A DNA stretch of 64,000 nucleotides from Dehalococcoidia bacterium. GTDB lineage: Bacteria; Chloroflexota; Dehalococcoidia; Lucifugimonadales; JAGWBF01. Position numbers and translations under genes: made by a program. Shown one piece after another: positions 52,041 to 62,289 of this stretch. The stretch spans positions 362,538 to 426,537 of the forward strand of contig OY760073.1 of assembly GCA_963663025.1 (NCBI GenBank). Reading direction: 5' to 3'. How positions within the stretch are numbered: the stretch's first letter is position 1; each line of letters begins with the position of its first letter. A model generated the notes under the pieces. It was not told the origin of the DNA. It worked only from the letters and a program-made list of their open reading frames with translations, and did no database searches.

Positions 52041-52463
52041 ATGAAACTCTTTCTCCGGAGCAAGCTGGCGGCGTTAGTTCTTGTAGTTAGCTTAGTTTCA
52101 GTCATAACAGGCGTTGCGCTGGCGTCAAGCAGCTCTTCCCCCTCCAACCAGATGCTTACGAGTTCGGTGATTTCGATCACCCCGCTGCCCCTTGAGGTCC
52201 CTGAAGGCGGCAGGCTCGATGTACTAGGGGCAGGCTTCACTCCCCTGGAACTCGTCCTTATAGAGATCTACATGGGCGAGGATGAGACGGTTGTCATAGA
52301 TGGTGGCAGGGCCAACTTCGCAGGCGCCTTCCGTGCCAGCATATCGGAACTGCCTTCCAGCGTCGGAGCAGGACTCTACACGATTAAGGCCAGGACAGTG
52401 GGTTCGACCCATGCGGCGAGCGCGCCACTAGAGGTCTGTGTAAGCTCCGACGGCAAGTGCTAG
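52041..52463 (+). CDS. secreted hypothetical protein (beta-rich)
   Basis: AAGGAGGT RBS; signal peptide; GAGFTP.E.V, GLYTIKA. Confidence 0.8.
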   Translation: MKLFLRSKLAALVLVVSLVSVITGVALASSSSSPSNQMLTSSVISITPLPLEVPEGGRLDVLGAGFTPLELVLIEIYMGEDETVVIDGGRANFAGAFRASISELPSSVGAGLYTIKARTVGSTHAASAPLEVCVSSDGKC

Positions 52464-52517
52464 CTCTCCCCAGGGGCATGCACCCGGCGAACTCCTGATC
52501 TAGTTGACTCCCAAAAG

Positions 52518-52553
52518 AAAGAGCTAGGCTGCGAATGCAAACCTAGCTCTTTT
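52518..52553. terminator. bidirectional intrinsic terminator
   Basis: aaagagctagg...cctagctctttt with A- and T-tracts between convergent genes. Confidence 0.75.
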
Positions 52554-52570
52554 GCCGCTTCTGCGTCCCG

Positions 52571-53806
52571 CTAGTTTCTGGCTGATAGATTGCGCTTCAG
52601 CTTGAGCTTGTTGATTCTCCTGCCGAAGAGAGAGATGACCTCGATGGTGAGGCCGTCCAGGGAGACTTGATCCCCTACCTCCGGCATCTTGCCGAGAGAG
52701 CTGTAAACTAAGCCCCCAACCGTATCCACATCGTCGTGACCGATGGCTGTGGACATCAGGTCCGAGATGTAGTTGAGGGTCACCCGGGCATCGACGACAA
52801 TCTCACCATTGGGCAACGGCACCACCCGCGGCTCCATGCTGCGTGAGAATTCGTCCTCAATCTCGCCCACTATCTCCTCGATCAGGTCCTCCAGGGTCAG
52901 CAGACCCTCCACACCCCCGTATTCGTCAACGACTATGGCCATCTGGAGGTGCTTTTCCTGCAGCTCCCTCAGAAGGTCGTCCAGGAGCTTCGATTCTGGG
53001 ATGAAGTAAGCAGGCTTGATTATGGATAAGAGGGAAGGGCTTTCCTCGGGACCGACCAGATACCGCAAAAGGTCCCGGGAATAGACCACGCCAAGGACCT
53101 GGTCGATGGTCTCTTCATAGACGGGCAAACGGCTATGGCCATGCTCCAGCATCTTGGCCGCAACTTCAGACAGGGGAGACTCGACCTCTACCGCGACGAT
53201 GTCGATCCTGGGCACCATTACGCTCTTAACCGAAGCCTCGTCCATCTTAAGGATGGAGCGGATCATGGATCGCTCCCTTAGGTCCAGCTTGGCTTGGGCC
53301 TCCTCGGAGATAACCACCGGTGGAGGGATGAGCGCCTCCTCACCGTTGGAGTCGTTCTGTGCGCTTGGGGTGTCGATAGGCTCGGGGATCCTTAGGTGCC
53401 GGCCCTTGCCTGGAAGCAGCCTGAGCGTGACAGCCTGAACGGGCATTTGCAGTATGTAAGCCGCCCTGGGAAATCGATTCGCCGCTGCCCGGGCGCCCCA
53501 GCCTGCGACCAGTACAAGAACGAGAAGACCCAACGTGGACGGCGCCTGCACCGCCAGGGCTGTGGCTTCAAGGTGGACCAAGAGGACCTGGAATGAAACG
53601 ACCACGGCGACGAGGCCGGCGTAGCTGAATAACTGGTGGATGGACCGGAGGTAGGAAAGGGGGGCTGAAGCGAAGAAGGGGGGTTCGTCAAGCCGACGAT
53701 ATACAGAGGAGGCTGCGCTCGCGTACAAGAAAACCAGCAGACCAGCCGCCAGTGATAAGCTCGGTTCTACGGTGCTACTATCCAATCCTTGCGACTTGCT
53801 GCCCAA
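52571..53806 (-). CDS. hemolysin/CNNM family protein (TM + CBS pair + CorC_HlyC)
   Basis: [43 protein letters not shown]; start uncertain. Confidence 0.9.
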   Translation of the reverse strand: MGSKSQGLDSSTVEPSLSLAAGLLVFLYASAASSVYRRLDEPPFFASAPLSYLRSIHQLFSYAGLVAVVVSFQVLLVHLEATALAVQAPSTLGLLVLVLVAGWGARAAANRFPRAAYILQMPVQAVTLRLLPGKGRHLRIPEPIDTPSAQNDSNGEEALIPPPVVISEEAQAKLDLRERSMIRSILKMDEASVKSVMVPRIDIVAVEVESPLSEVAAKMLEHGHSRLPVYEETIDQVLGVVYSRDLLRYLVGPEESPSLLSIIKPAYFIPESKLLDDLLRELQEKHLQMAIVVDEYGGVEGLLTLEDLIEEIVGEIEDEFSRSMEPRVVPLPNGEIVVDARVTLNYISDLMSTAIGHDDVDTVGGLVYSSLGKMPEVGDQVSLDGLTIEVISLFGRRINKLKLKRNLSARN

Positions 53807-53839
53807 CCATCCGGGTGCGGGCAGGGAATTCCCGCAGGG

Positions 53840-55204
53840 TCATCTGGGCCCGGCAGGTTTCTTCCTCGTCCCCACGATTCTAGCAGGAACTCCCACAGCT
53901 AGTCCAGACGGGGGCACATCGTGGGTGACCACCGCTCCCGCTCCGGTAGCTGCGCCGGGTCCCACATCCACGGGGGCCACCAGCATGGTGTCCGAGCCGA
54001 TGAAGGCGTTATCCCCTATGGTGGTAGGATGTTTTGACTCGCCATCGTAGTTGCAGGTGACCGTCCCGGCGCCCAGATTTACGTCAGCCCCCACCGTTGC
54101 GTCGCCGACATAGCCGAAGTGGCCCATTGCCGTCCCCTGGCCCAGCCGGCTGTTCTTGATCTCGGCAAATGTGCCCACATGCACGCCCTCTTCCAGGTGA
54201 GTGCCCGACCTCAGGTGGCAATAGGGGCCTACCGACACATCGGACTCAAGCACAGCTTCCGTAAGGAAGGAAGCCACCACCCGGCACCGGTCGCCAACCT
54301 GGGAGTCCCTGATGGTGCTTCCGGGTCCAATGGTGCAGTCCTCCCCCACGGTGGACTTCCCCAGCACCATGGTGTTGGGGTAGATAACCGTGTCCTGCCC
54401 TAGCCTGACGTCGGCATCCAGGAAGGTGGTCCTGGGGTCGATCATGGCTACGCCCTCGTCCATCCAGTGCTGGCGAATGCGCTCCCGCATGACCTCTTCG
54501 GCCAGGGCAAGCTGGGAGCGGGTGTTGACGCCCAGGAGCTCTGTGGGGTCGTCCACCAGCAGGCTCCCCATTCCAGCGCCCTGCCCATAGGCAGCCGAAA
54601 TAAGGGAGGTGACGTAGATCTCACCCGAATCCGACGGCTCTATCTTAGGCAGGTTCTCCCAAAGCCAGGATGCTTCGAAGAAGTAAGCCCCGCCGTTGCA
54701 TTCCCACGCCCCTGGTTGTGCCTTCCCCGAGTCCTTGGTCTCCACGATGTCGCAGACGTTCCCGTCGGAATCCCGCAGTACTCTCCCCATCTCGGCCGCC
54801 GGGCTTGAGGCGGCCGTCAGCAGGGTAATGGCAGCGCCCTGGGCGATGTGCTGGGAGAGCATCTCGGCTAAGGTGCTGGACTTGACCAGGGGGAGGTCCC
54901 CGTTGAGCACCAGGATATGGTCGGCCTGCCCCAGAAGGGCCTCGGCCGCGCAGCCGAGGGCGTGACCCGTGCCCAGGGGCTGCTCCTGAATCACGTTTCG
55001 GACGGCCAAGCCTTCGGGGGGCTCCGGCCCGGACCCGTCCTTGGCCACCACCAGGACCGCCTGGCCGATTCCGGCGCCTGCCAAGGCATGCAGAGTGAAG
55101 CTCAGAAGCCCTCGTCCGCACATGGGCAGCATCAGCTTGGGCATCTTGGACTTCATCCGTGTGCCCTTGCCCGCAGCCAACACCACGCCGACGCAATTCG
55201 TCAT
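53840..55204 (-). CDS. glmU: bifunctional UDP-GlcNAc pyrophosphorylase / GlcN-1-P acetyltransferase
   Basis: LAAGKGTRMKS, QPLGTGHA, NGDLP, TCNYDG, hexapeptide repeats. Confidence 0.97.
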   Translation of the reverse strand: MTNCVGVVLAAGKGTRMKSKMPKLMLPMCGRGLLSFTLHALAGAGIGQAVLVVAKDGSGPEPPEGLAVRNVIQEQPLGTGHALGCAAEALLGQADHILVLNGDLPLVKSSTLAEMLSQHIAQGAAITLLTAASSPAAEMGRVLRDSDGNVCDIVETKDSGKAQPGAWECNGGAYFFEASWLWENLPKIEPSDSGEIYVTSLISAAYGQGAGMGSLLVDDPTELLGVNTRSQLALAEEVMRERIRQHWMDEGVAMIDPRTTFLDADVRLGQDTVIYPNTMVLGKSTVGEDCTIGPGSTIRDSQVGDRCRVVASFLTEAVLESDVSVGPYCHLRSGTHLEEGVHVGTFAEIKNSRLGQGTAMGHFGYVGDATVGADVNLGAGTVTCNYDGESKHPTTIGDNAFIGSDTMLVAPVDVGPGAATGAGAVVTHDVPPSGLAVGVPARIVGTRKKPAGPR

Positions 55205-55343
55205 TACAACACCTGTTTCAGGGTCCCGGTCAGGCGGATGGGTCCCTCATTTACCGAATCAATGGTAATTGAGGCGAAAGATACAGGTCAAGGAAGCTGA
55301 CCTTGTTGTGGCAGGGGGCTGATGATATGCTTCTTGGGCACAT

Positions 55344-55418
55344 GCCCCCGTAGCTCAGAGGATAGAGCGCTGGCCTCCGGAGCCAGGTGCGGGAGTTCGA
55401 GTCTCCCCGGGGGTACCA
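55344..55418 (+). tRNA. tRNA-Arg(CCG)
   Basis: GCCCCCGTAGCTCAG...TGGC-CTCCGGA-GCCA...GTTCGAGTCTCCC-CGGGGGT-A-CCA. Confidence 0.95.
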
Positions 55419-55533
55419 CGCCTAAAACCGTTGTGGACTATTCCCTGTCCCGTACGGATTCCCTGGGTCGGCTTTGCCTCGGCTGGGGTCCCGGGGTTGG
55501 GGGACCAGGACCTATACCGACGGAGCGTGGACT

Positions 55534-55929
55534 ATGAGCATCGAACAGATGAACTTCTACCAGAGGAAGCTCGAATATGAGATCGACTCGGCGGACCTTC
55601 ACGAGGCCCTTGGCAGAGGCGAGCCGATCGTTGTGGTTGATGGCCGAACCTCCGACGCCTATGCCAGGGAACATATCCCGGGTGCCGTCAGCCTCCCCCA
55701 CAGGGACATCAGCTTCAACAATACAGAATCGCTCGACAAGTCAAAGCTGTACGTCTGATATTGCGACGGCATCGGGTGCAACGCCTCGACCAAGACAGCC
55801 CTGAAACTCCTCACCCTTGGCTTCCAGGTGCGGGAGCTGATCGGCGGGCTCGATTGGTGGAAGCGGGACGGCTATCCCACCCATGGCGCCGAGGCAGCCT
55901 CGACCCCCGGCGTAAAGTGTGGCTGCTGA
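55534..55929 (+). pseudogene. single-domain rhodanese with in-frame TGA at 55756-55758 (pseudogene or recoded codon)
   Basis: VVDGR..AYAREHIPGA...LYV*YCDGIGCNASTK...ELIGGLDWWKRDGY...CGC; frame is intact on both sides of the TGA. Confidence 0.8.
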
Positions 55930-56011
55930 CCGGAAGATGTCCTTACCGCGACAAACTTGAGGTAGGCATATGGATGGGCGCTGGCGCGCTAGATTTCGCA
56001 ATATCTCGAAA

Positions 56012-56075
56012 CTCAGAGGATAGGGCGCTGGCCCCCGGAGCCAGGGGCGGGAGTTTGAGGTTCCCCTGGGTACCA
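56012..56075 (+). pseudogene. degenerate copy of tRNA-Arg(CCG) (att-like scar)
   Basis: ctcagaggatagggcgctggcccccggagccaggggcgggagtttgaggttcccctgggtacca aligns to 55354-55418 with substitutions. Confidence 0.88.
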
Positions 56076-56233
56076 TGCCACGCCCTAAGTCCCGGGTATT
56101 CTAGATGCATGGACGATCACTACCTGTGAGCAGTTGTGACCCCTCTCCTTTGTGCGCTACAGCGGGTGCTGTCCTGTAGAATGTTTGTGGTCAATAGTCT
56201 CCGGTCGAACTTGTAAGGAATGGAGCACCGCAA

Positions 56234-58090
56234 ATGAAATTGAAACAGCTAAAGTTACAGAACTTCCGGTGTTACAAGGACGAAGTGGACATCGATCTTG
56301 ATGACCTAGTGGTACTAGTTGGTAAAAACGATTCGGGAAAGTCGTCTTTGTTTGACGCACTTGAAATATTCTTCGACGAAAGAGCTGCGCCAGATAGAGA
56401 GGATCGCTGCGTTCATTCTGGTGACACATCGATAATGATTGCTTGTGTTTTCTCGGATCTTCCTCCTCAGATCGTGATTGATGCGCAACATACGACCGAC
56501 CTTGCTTCTGAATTCTTGCTTAATGGTGAAGGATGCCTGGAAATAGCAAAGACCTACGATTGCAAACTGGCCAAACCTAAGTTGTCCACCATACACGCTA
56601 GGGCTTTGCATCCAACTGCGGAGCATTATAGTGACTTGTTGACACTTACCAATGCACAATTGAAGCAGCGAGCAAACTTTCTTGGGGTTGACTTGGGCAG
56701 CGTTAATCAGGCAGTCAACACCGACATCCGCCGAGCGATTTGGTCCCACTCAAACGAACTAAAGGAGCTAGAGGTTGACATAGAGATAAAGGGAGAGGTC
56801 GACAAGATATGGACACAACTCAAGAGATTCTTGCCGGTTTATGCGTTGTTCAAGGCTGATCGACCCAGCACTGACCAAGACGCAGAAGCGCAAGACCCTA
56901 TGAAAGCTGCCGTCAAGGAGGCGATCCAAGCTCAACAAGAGACTCTGAACGCAATAGGCGAAAAGGTGAAGGCCGAAGTTCAGGAGATTGCCAACAAGAC
57001 CGTCGAAAAAATCAAAGAGATGAGCCCGGAATTGGCTAGCCAACTAACCCCCCGAGTTTCAAACAAGAATTGGGATTCCTTGTTTTCGGTTTCCCTATCA
57101 GGGGATGAAGACATCCCAATCAATAAACGTGGGAGCGGTACGCGAAGGCTCGTCTTGTTAAATTTCTTCCGAGCTAAAGCTGAAAGGGACGCGCTGGGAA
57201 GCGATACGGGTGTTGTTTACGCCATAGAAGAACCCGAAACAAGCCAGCACCCTCTCAACCAGATCATGCTCGTTAAGGCTCTAGAAGAATTGGTGGAATC
57301 GTCTGAATGCCAAGTTTTTGTCTCGACCCACACCCCAGTTTTGGCCCGCCGGTTTAATCAGCTGGATCTCCGCCTCATTTCGAGGAACGGGACACAGCCT
57401 ACGATCAGGCATGGAAGAGATGAAGAGACGATCAAAGATATTGTTGAATCGTTAGGAGTCTTGCCAGACCACAACGTCAAAGTGTTCTTTGGTGTCGAAG
57501 GAAGAAACGATATCAATTTCCTGCGCATAATTTCAAAGATTTTGCATGATGCGAAAGGAGATATTCCAGACCTAGGTCTCGAGGAAGACGCAGGGAGAAT
57601 AGTTTTCATTCCACTTGGCGGTAGCAGTATGGATTTGTGGACATCCAAGTTGCAGGGGTTCAATCGTCCCGAATTCTACCTGATGGATCGAGATAACCCT
57701 CCCCCGCAAAAGCCAAAGCATCATGAGTTCGCTGAGAGCATAGAAGCACGTTCAGACTGCACGGCATGGATCACCGAGCGAAAAGAACTGGAAAACTACA
57801 TCCATCCGGACGTTATCAAAAGCTCCTACTCTAATTATTCTGGGACGGGGTCTGGCTTCGAGGATGTCCCCGAATTGTTCGCACAGGTAGTCCACGAATC
57901 CAGTGAAAGTGATGAATCCTGGGACGACATAAAAGGTAACCCGGACAAGTTACGCAAGAGAATTTCGGGCGCAAAGCGAAGATTGAATAGTGAATTTGCC
58001 TCGAAGATGACAGCCGACCTTCTTTCAAAGGTTGACACCAAAGGAGAGGTGGTTACTTGGTTGAAGGACATATATGCCGCGCTAAATTGA
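56234..58090 (+). CDS. OLD-family ATP-dependent nuclease (ABC-ATPase + TOPRIM)
   Basis: LQNFRCY, GKNDSGKS, RGSGTRR signature, AIEEPETSQHP, STH; TOPRIM VEGRND and DRD; KELENY. Confidence 0.9.
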   Translation: MKLKQLKLQNFRCYKDEVDIDLDDLVVLVGKNDSGKSSLFDALEIFFDERAAPDREDRCVHSGDTSIMIACVFSDLPPQIVIDAQHTTDLASEFLLNGEGCLEIAKTYDCKLAKPKLSTIHARALHPTAEHYSDLLTLTNAQLKQRANFLGVDLGSVNQAVNTDIRRAIWSHSNELKELEVDIEIKGEVDKIWTQLKRFLPVYALFKADRPSTDQDAEAQDPMKAAVKEAIQAQQETLNAIGEKVKAEVQEIANKTVEKIKEMSPELASQLTPRVSNKNWDSLFSVSLSGDEDIPINKRGSGTRRLVLLNFFRAKAERDALGSDTGVVYAIEEPETSQHPLNQIMLVKALEELVESSECQVFVSTHTPVLARRFNQLDLRLISRNGTQPTIRHGRDEETIKDIVESLGVLPDHNVKVFFGVEGRNDINFLRIISKILHDAKGDIPDLGLEEDAGRIVFIPLGGSSMDLWTSKLQGFNRPEFYLMDRDNPPPQKPKHHEFAESIEARSDCTAWITERKELENYIHPDVIKSSYSNYSGTGSGFEDVPELFAQVVHESSESDESWDDIKGNPDKLRKRISGAKRRLNSEFASKMTADLLSKVDTKGEVVTWLKDIYAALN

Positions 58091-58262
58091 CGGTCGAGAC
58101 TTTCCTTCAGGAGTGATTGAATCGAAGGGACAGCCGTAAGAACCCGTCGTCTCCAAGCTCCCCCAATAACTGGGACTGCCACAACCCACTTCAGACAACG
58201 TCTATTCGCCGTTAACTGTTGGTACGTAAGATTGGGGCGGGACTGGAGTTCCCCATGCTCTC

Positions 58263-58493
58263 CTACGGCTTCCGCGGGGTTGGGCGGGGCGGGTTGCACC
58301 AGGAGCAGTAGCGAATCTCCAGGTTGGTGCTTTGGGCCTTGCTGGCTGCGCCCGATACCGTTGGTATGTACTCGTAGTACTCACACGAGGGTGGGTCGGT
58401 CCGGCTGACCCCTCCGTGCACTTTCAGGCGAACGCAAGTTGAGCGGTGCACCGCCGCATACCTGCTCCGGTGATTGACAAAGATCGTAAACAT
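58263..58493 (-). CDS. small HxxxC...CxxC putative Zn-binding protein, copy 1
   Basis: VHRSTC...YCSWCNP; GGGGAG RBS; paralog at 62290-62538. Confidence 0.8.
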   Translation of the reverse strand: MFTIFVNHRSRYAAVHRSTCVRLKVHGGVSRTDPPSCEYYEYIPTVSGAASKAQSTNLEIRYCSWCNPPRPTPRKP

Positions 58494-58538
58494 CGTCTCC
58501 CCTGCACGATTATGGGCGGGCTGCCATTTCTCCGCAAT
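58282..58538 (-). repeat. about 256-bp direct repeat, copy 1 (microgene plus promoter TTGCGG-N17-CATAAT)
   Basis: Aligns with 62327-62582. Confidence 0.9.
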
Positions 58539-58872
58539 GGTCATAAAGCACTGGGTCCGAGGACTGATGATATGCCTTTAGGCTCTAGTCTAGGTGGCCC
58601 AGCGGATACAGCGTTGACATTCCAGGCCAATTGGGGAGTTTGGGCTTCCCCGGGGTGCCGCACCCGCGCTTTAGAACCTACATATGTCTTGCTCTGCTCC
58701 TAAGCACTAGCTGAGCGGATACAAGCCCTGGGCGTCACTCAGAGCACGCATGCACTATCCTATTCTCGTCTTCGGATGGCCAGAACCTTCAAATAGCTCA
58801 ATTGTCAAATCTTGCTGTTCGACGTTAGCCTCGGGATTTCTTGCTGATATACTATGTGCTTGGGGAGGGGGA

Positions 58873-60384
58873 ATGCGAATATGTGCAGGGTTGTTATTAG
58901 TTGGCCTGACTATCTTGGCTCTTGCATGTAGCAGCGGTGAATCAGACGCTACAGTAGACCCAACCTTCACATTGTCCCCCACTGAGACACCAAATGTTGA
59001 GGCTACTGTCAAGGCCGCAATCGCCTCGACTGCGGAGGCCCAAAGATCAATTGAAGCAACTGTGTCGGCGAGGGTCGAGGACGCAATGGCAACGGCGCTC
59101 ACGGTTAAACCAAGTCCTACCCCTACGCTTCCTGCGACTCAAACTCCATTGCGACCCCCGACTCTAGTATCCACGCCGACACCTGTACCTACACTGACTC
59201 CCACACCTGAACCCACACCAACTCCAACACGGGAACCCACGCCGATACCGACACCAACGCCCAGTTTTGTCCCAGCGGTACCAACGTATTCCTCTTATGA
59301 TCTGGCCTCAATGGTAGAACGTATAACTCCGAGCATTGTCCGTATTGAAACAGAATCCACCACCGGTACTGGCATAATCTACGAAACTACTAATCGAAAA
59401 AGCGCTCTGATAGTAACCAATTATCATGTCGTAGAGGGAGCGAATCGAGTCGACGTCTACGTGGACGATTCGGGATGGCATGAAGCAACAGTGCTAGCTT
59501 ATACAGATTGGGAGGATGTGGCGCTTCTGGAGATTTGTTGCGGGGACTTCCGGCAAGTAACTTTTAGAGGTGCTCCGGGACTCAAGCCCCTTTCGTGGCC
59601 TGAGCCCGGAACAGAGGTTATCGCCGTGGGCTATGCATTGGGCATACCGGGGTCCCCGACAGTCACACGAGGAATAGTATCAGCGGTGCGTCTCGATTAC
59701 GACAGGACGTGGTTAATCCAGACCGATGCCCCAATTAACCCGGGCAACAGTGGCGGTCCGCTGCTATTGCGCACAGGGGAGGTAGTCGGGATAAACACTT
59801 ACAAATACAGCAGCGATGGCGCTGGGAATACTGCCGAAGGTGTAGGTTTCGCAATTGAACAGAATACAATCCATTACCTGATGAGGGTTTGGAAGGAAGA
59901 ACTAAACCTTGTTTCGGAACCCTTGTCGGATTCAGCGAAACCGCAATCCTACCACAACATCATATATGACTACTCAGTCGACATTCCGGCTGATTGGACC
60001 ATATATGATAGCGACCCCAGCAGGGTTAACGCGTTCAGCCCTGATACGTCGCCTTTCGTCGGCATCTTCGTACCAAGTGACACGGTAGAATCGGCGGAGG
60101 CAGATATTGAATCATATTTGGAGTTTACAAGGGACTCTACTTCCCATGTGCACTTTGAATTATTGCAACAACACAGCCGCACGTTGTCTGACGGCGATAG
60201 TGTTGCCTATGTTCATTTTCTCTACAGGATATCGGGAGAGTCATGCCTCGAACATTTTAGGGAGTTTCTATTCGCCACTCGCTTAGAGTCCTATTGGCTG
60301 AGAGCACGTACTTGCGTGGATTCCCTAGACAAATATGAAGCTGTTATCGATCGCTTCTTCAACAGCCTAACCTTGTATCGTTGA
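58873..60384 (+). CDS. lipoprotein trypsin-like (S1C) serine protease without PDZ, plus C-terminal domain
   Basis: LALAC lipobox, PT linker, TNYHVV, DVALL, QTDAPINPGNSGGP. Confidence 0.9.
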   Translation: MRICAGLLLVGLTILALACSSGESDATVDPTFTLSPTETPNVEATVKAAIASTAEAQRSIEATVSARVEDAMATALTVKPSPTPTLPATQTPLRPPTLVSTPTPVPTLTPTPEPTPTPTREPTPIPTPTPSFVPAVPTYSSYDLASMVERITPSIVRIETESTTGTGIIYETTNRKSALIVTNYHVVEGANRVDVYVDDSGWHEATVLAYTDWEDVALLEICCGDFRQVTFRGAPGLKPLSWPEPGTEVIAVGYALGIPGSPTVTRGIVSAVRLDYDRTWLIQTDAPINPGNSGGPLLLRTGEVVGINTYKYSSDGAGNTAEGVGFAIEQNTIHYLMRVWKEELNLVSEPLSDSAKPQSYHNIIYDYSVDIPADWTIYDSDPSRVNAFSPDTSPFVGIFVPSDTVESAEADIESYLEFTRDSTSHVHFELLQQHSRTLSDGDSVAYVHFLYRISGESCLEHFREFLFATRLESYWLRARTCVDSLDKYEAVIDRFFNSLTLYR

Positions 60385-60389
60385 TGCAT

Positions 60390-61110
60390 GGTCAACCAGC
60401 AAGAGGGGTCGCTCGGTTTCCGAAAGAAGGGTTATGGAGACCTCGCCCTAGGCGTAATCCCCCCGATGGTGCGCCACCACCTCATGTTTGTAGGGTATCG
60501 CTCCATACCCGCCATATCCGTCCGTGCACACCGTTGCCCCAAGTTCGAATTACCCGGCGATGAAGCCATGCAGGGTGTCGCAGGTGGTATCCTCCACCGG
60601 CCTCGCCGCCACCTGACTGGTCGCTCGATCCCTAGTCCCTATCACCGGGGCCATGTGTCAAGGACCTTGACCCGGATGGAGCCCTCGACCCCTGCCACCT
60701 ACCAAGGTCTCGTCCTCTACCTGCCCGACGAATAAGCCCCGTCCTTTCTGACAAGCCTCCCTGATGTAGCGGGATAGGTGCCACGCCCATTCTGAGTGAT
60801 GGCTAGGTCACCGTGCGGTCTCATGCTGGAGACCCCATTCAGCCCGGTCGTGAGAAGGTGGATGGCCGAGGCTCACTTGCCTAGGGGCAAGGTTGACCCC
60901 TGCATCACCGTACCGCTGTTAACGGGGAAGCGGAACTTGCAGTCCCGGCAACGGAACCTGCCCCTGGGCCTCACCTGCACGTTGAGGGACCTGCGCCGAA
61001 GGCGGGCGACCCATTGGGCCACCGAGCCTGGATGAATATTTCGGTAACCTGCTCCTCATCGCTAAACTTGTGCACCGCCTCAGCCAAGCTTATTCCCTTG
61101 CTGTAGCAAT
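60390..61110 (-). mobile_element. degraded IS1595-family transposase remnant
   Basis: Minus-strand fragments RFRCRDCKFRF..GTVM, AIHLLTTGLNGVSSM, AWHL..YIREA, SGQVE-DETLVGG, VCTDGYGGY..HEVVAH, with stops and frameshifts; ends approximate. Confidence 0.85.
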
Positions 61111-61267
61111 TACCCGGATCCTTCCTTGGAATCTAACTCTCCGCGTGCTAGGCTAGCTGGAATATATGGCGGGTGGCGGAATGATCTACAGCGCAAGTGC
61201 GACAGATCGGTGGCGAGACATCGATTTATGACTCCAATACGCCAGAAAAGCAGGTAAAGAATCGAGG

Positions 61268-62263
61268 ATGGCCAAACCAAGAGTATTTGTAAGCTCTACC
61301 TTTTATGACCTGAAACAGGTCAGACAAGACCTGGATAGGTTCATATCAGAGATGGGCTACGAGGCAGTCCTTCACGAAGCAGGTGATATCGCATATGGAA
61401 AGGATAGGCCTCCTGAGGGGTACGTTCACCGCGAAATTGAGATGTGCGATATATTGATTTGCGTTATTGGAGGCCGTTTTGGCACCGAGTCACAAGAACA
61501 GCCCGGGTACTCGATTACTCAACAAGAATTGCAAACCGCTATTGAAAACCAAGTTCAAGTCTTCATCTTTATCGAACAAAGCGTCTACGCTGAATTCGGT
61601 ACCTACACGCTGAACAAAGAGAATACTGACATCAAGTATGGATCAGTGGATGATGCCCGCGTCTATGAGTTTATCGACTCCGTCCACAAACTTCCGAGAA
61701 ACAATCCCATTACCCCGTTTCAGACGGCATCGGGAATAGTCGACTTTCTGAGAATTCAGTGGGCAGGATTGTTTCAACGATTTCTCCAGGATCAAAAGCG
61801 TCTACAAGAAATAAGCGCACTGGAGGAAATGAAGTCAGTAGCGAAAACACTTGAACAACTAGTGAGTTTTCTTACTGATGAACGAAAGGGCACAGATGAC
61901 GCCATTCAACAAATACTACAAGTGAACCACCCTGTGTTCTACCGCTTCCAAGAATTGACGAAGACAACTTACAGAGTATTCTTCACTAACGAGGACGAGC
62001 TAAACCAGTGGCTTCGAAGTCGTGGATGGCATCCAGTTGATGTAGACGCATACGACGATGGGAGCTATAGAGAGTGGATTAAAGAGCGACAAGGCCAGTA
62101 CATGAAATTAACGAAACCTATATTTGATGACGTAGGCAAGCTCCAGCCGTACACTGAAGGCAAATGGAATAACAACTGGCTTCAATTGCTTGACAGCGTG
62201 ACAAGCGAAGAAGATCCCCCAAGAGCCACCCGCCGGGCAACGTCTTCAGCTCCCGATGGATGA
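61268..62263 (+). CDS. DUF4062-domain protein
   Basis: MAKPRVFVSSTFYDLKQVR, EIEMCDILICVIGGRFGT, SITQQE; lower GC. Confidence 0.9.
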   Translation: MAKPRVFVSSTFYDLKQVRQDLDRFISEMGYEAVLHEAGDIAYGKDRPPEGYVHREIEMCDILICVIGGRFGTESQEQPGYSITQQELQTAIENQVQVFIFIEQSVYAEFGTYTLNKENTDIKYGSVDDARVYEFIDSVHKLPRNNPITPFQTASGIVDFLRIQWAGLFQRFLQDQKRLQEISALEEMKSVAKTLEQLVSFLTDERKGTDDAIQQILQVNHPVFYRFQELTKTTYRVFFTNEDELNQWLRSRGWHPVDVDAYDDGSYREWIKERQGQYMKLTKPIFDDVGKLQPYTEGKWNNNWLQLLDSVTSEEDPPRATRRATSSAPDG

Positions 62264-62289
62264 TTGAGTGAAGACTTTAGGTTATCACC

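Noticed and set aside
56234-58090. Gabija or retron system
   Set aside because: No GajB/UvrD helicase, RT or msr-msd adjacent
60388-61035. Plus-strand ORFs 60388-60735 and 60796-61035 as genes
   Set aside because: They are antisense shadows of the IS1595 transposase remnant
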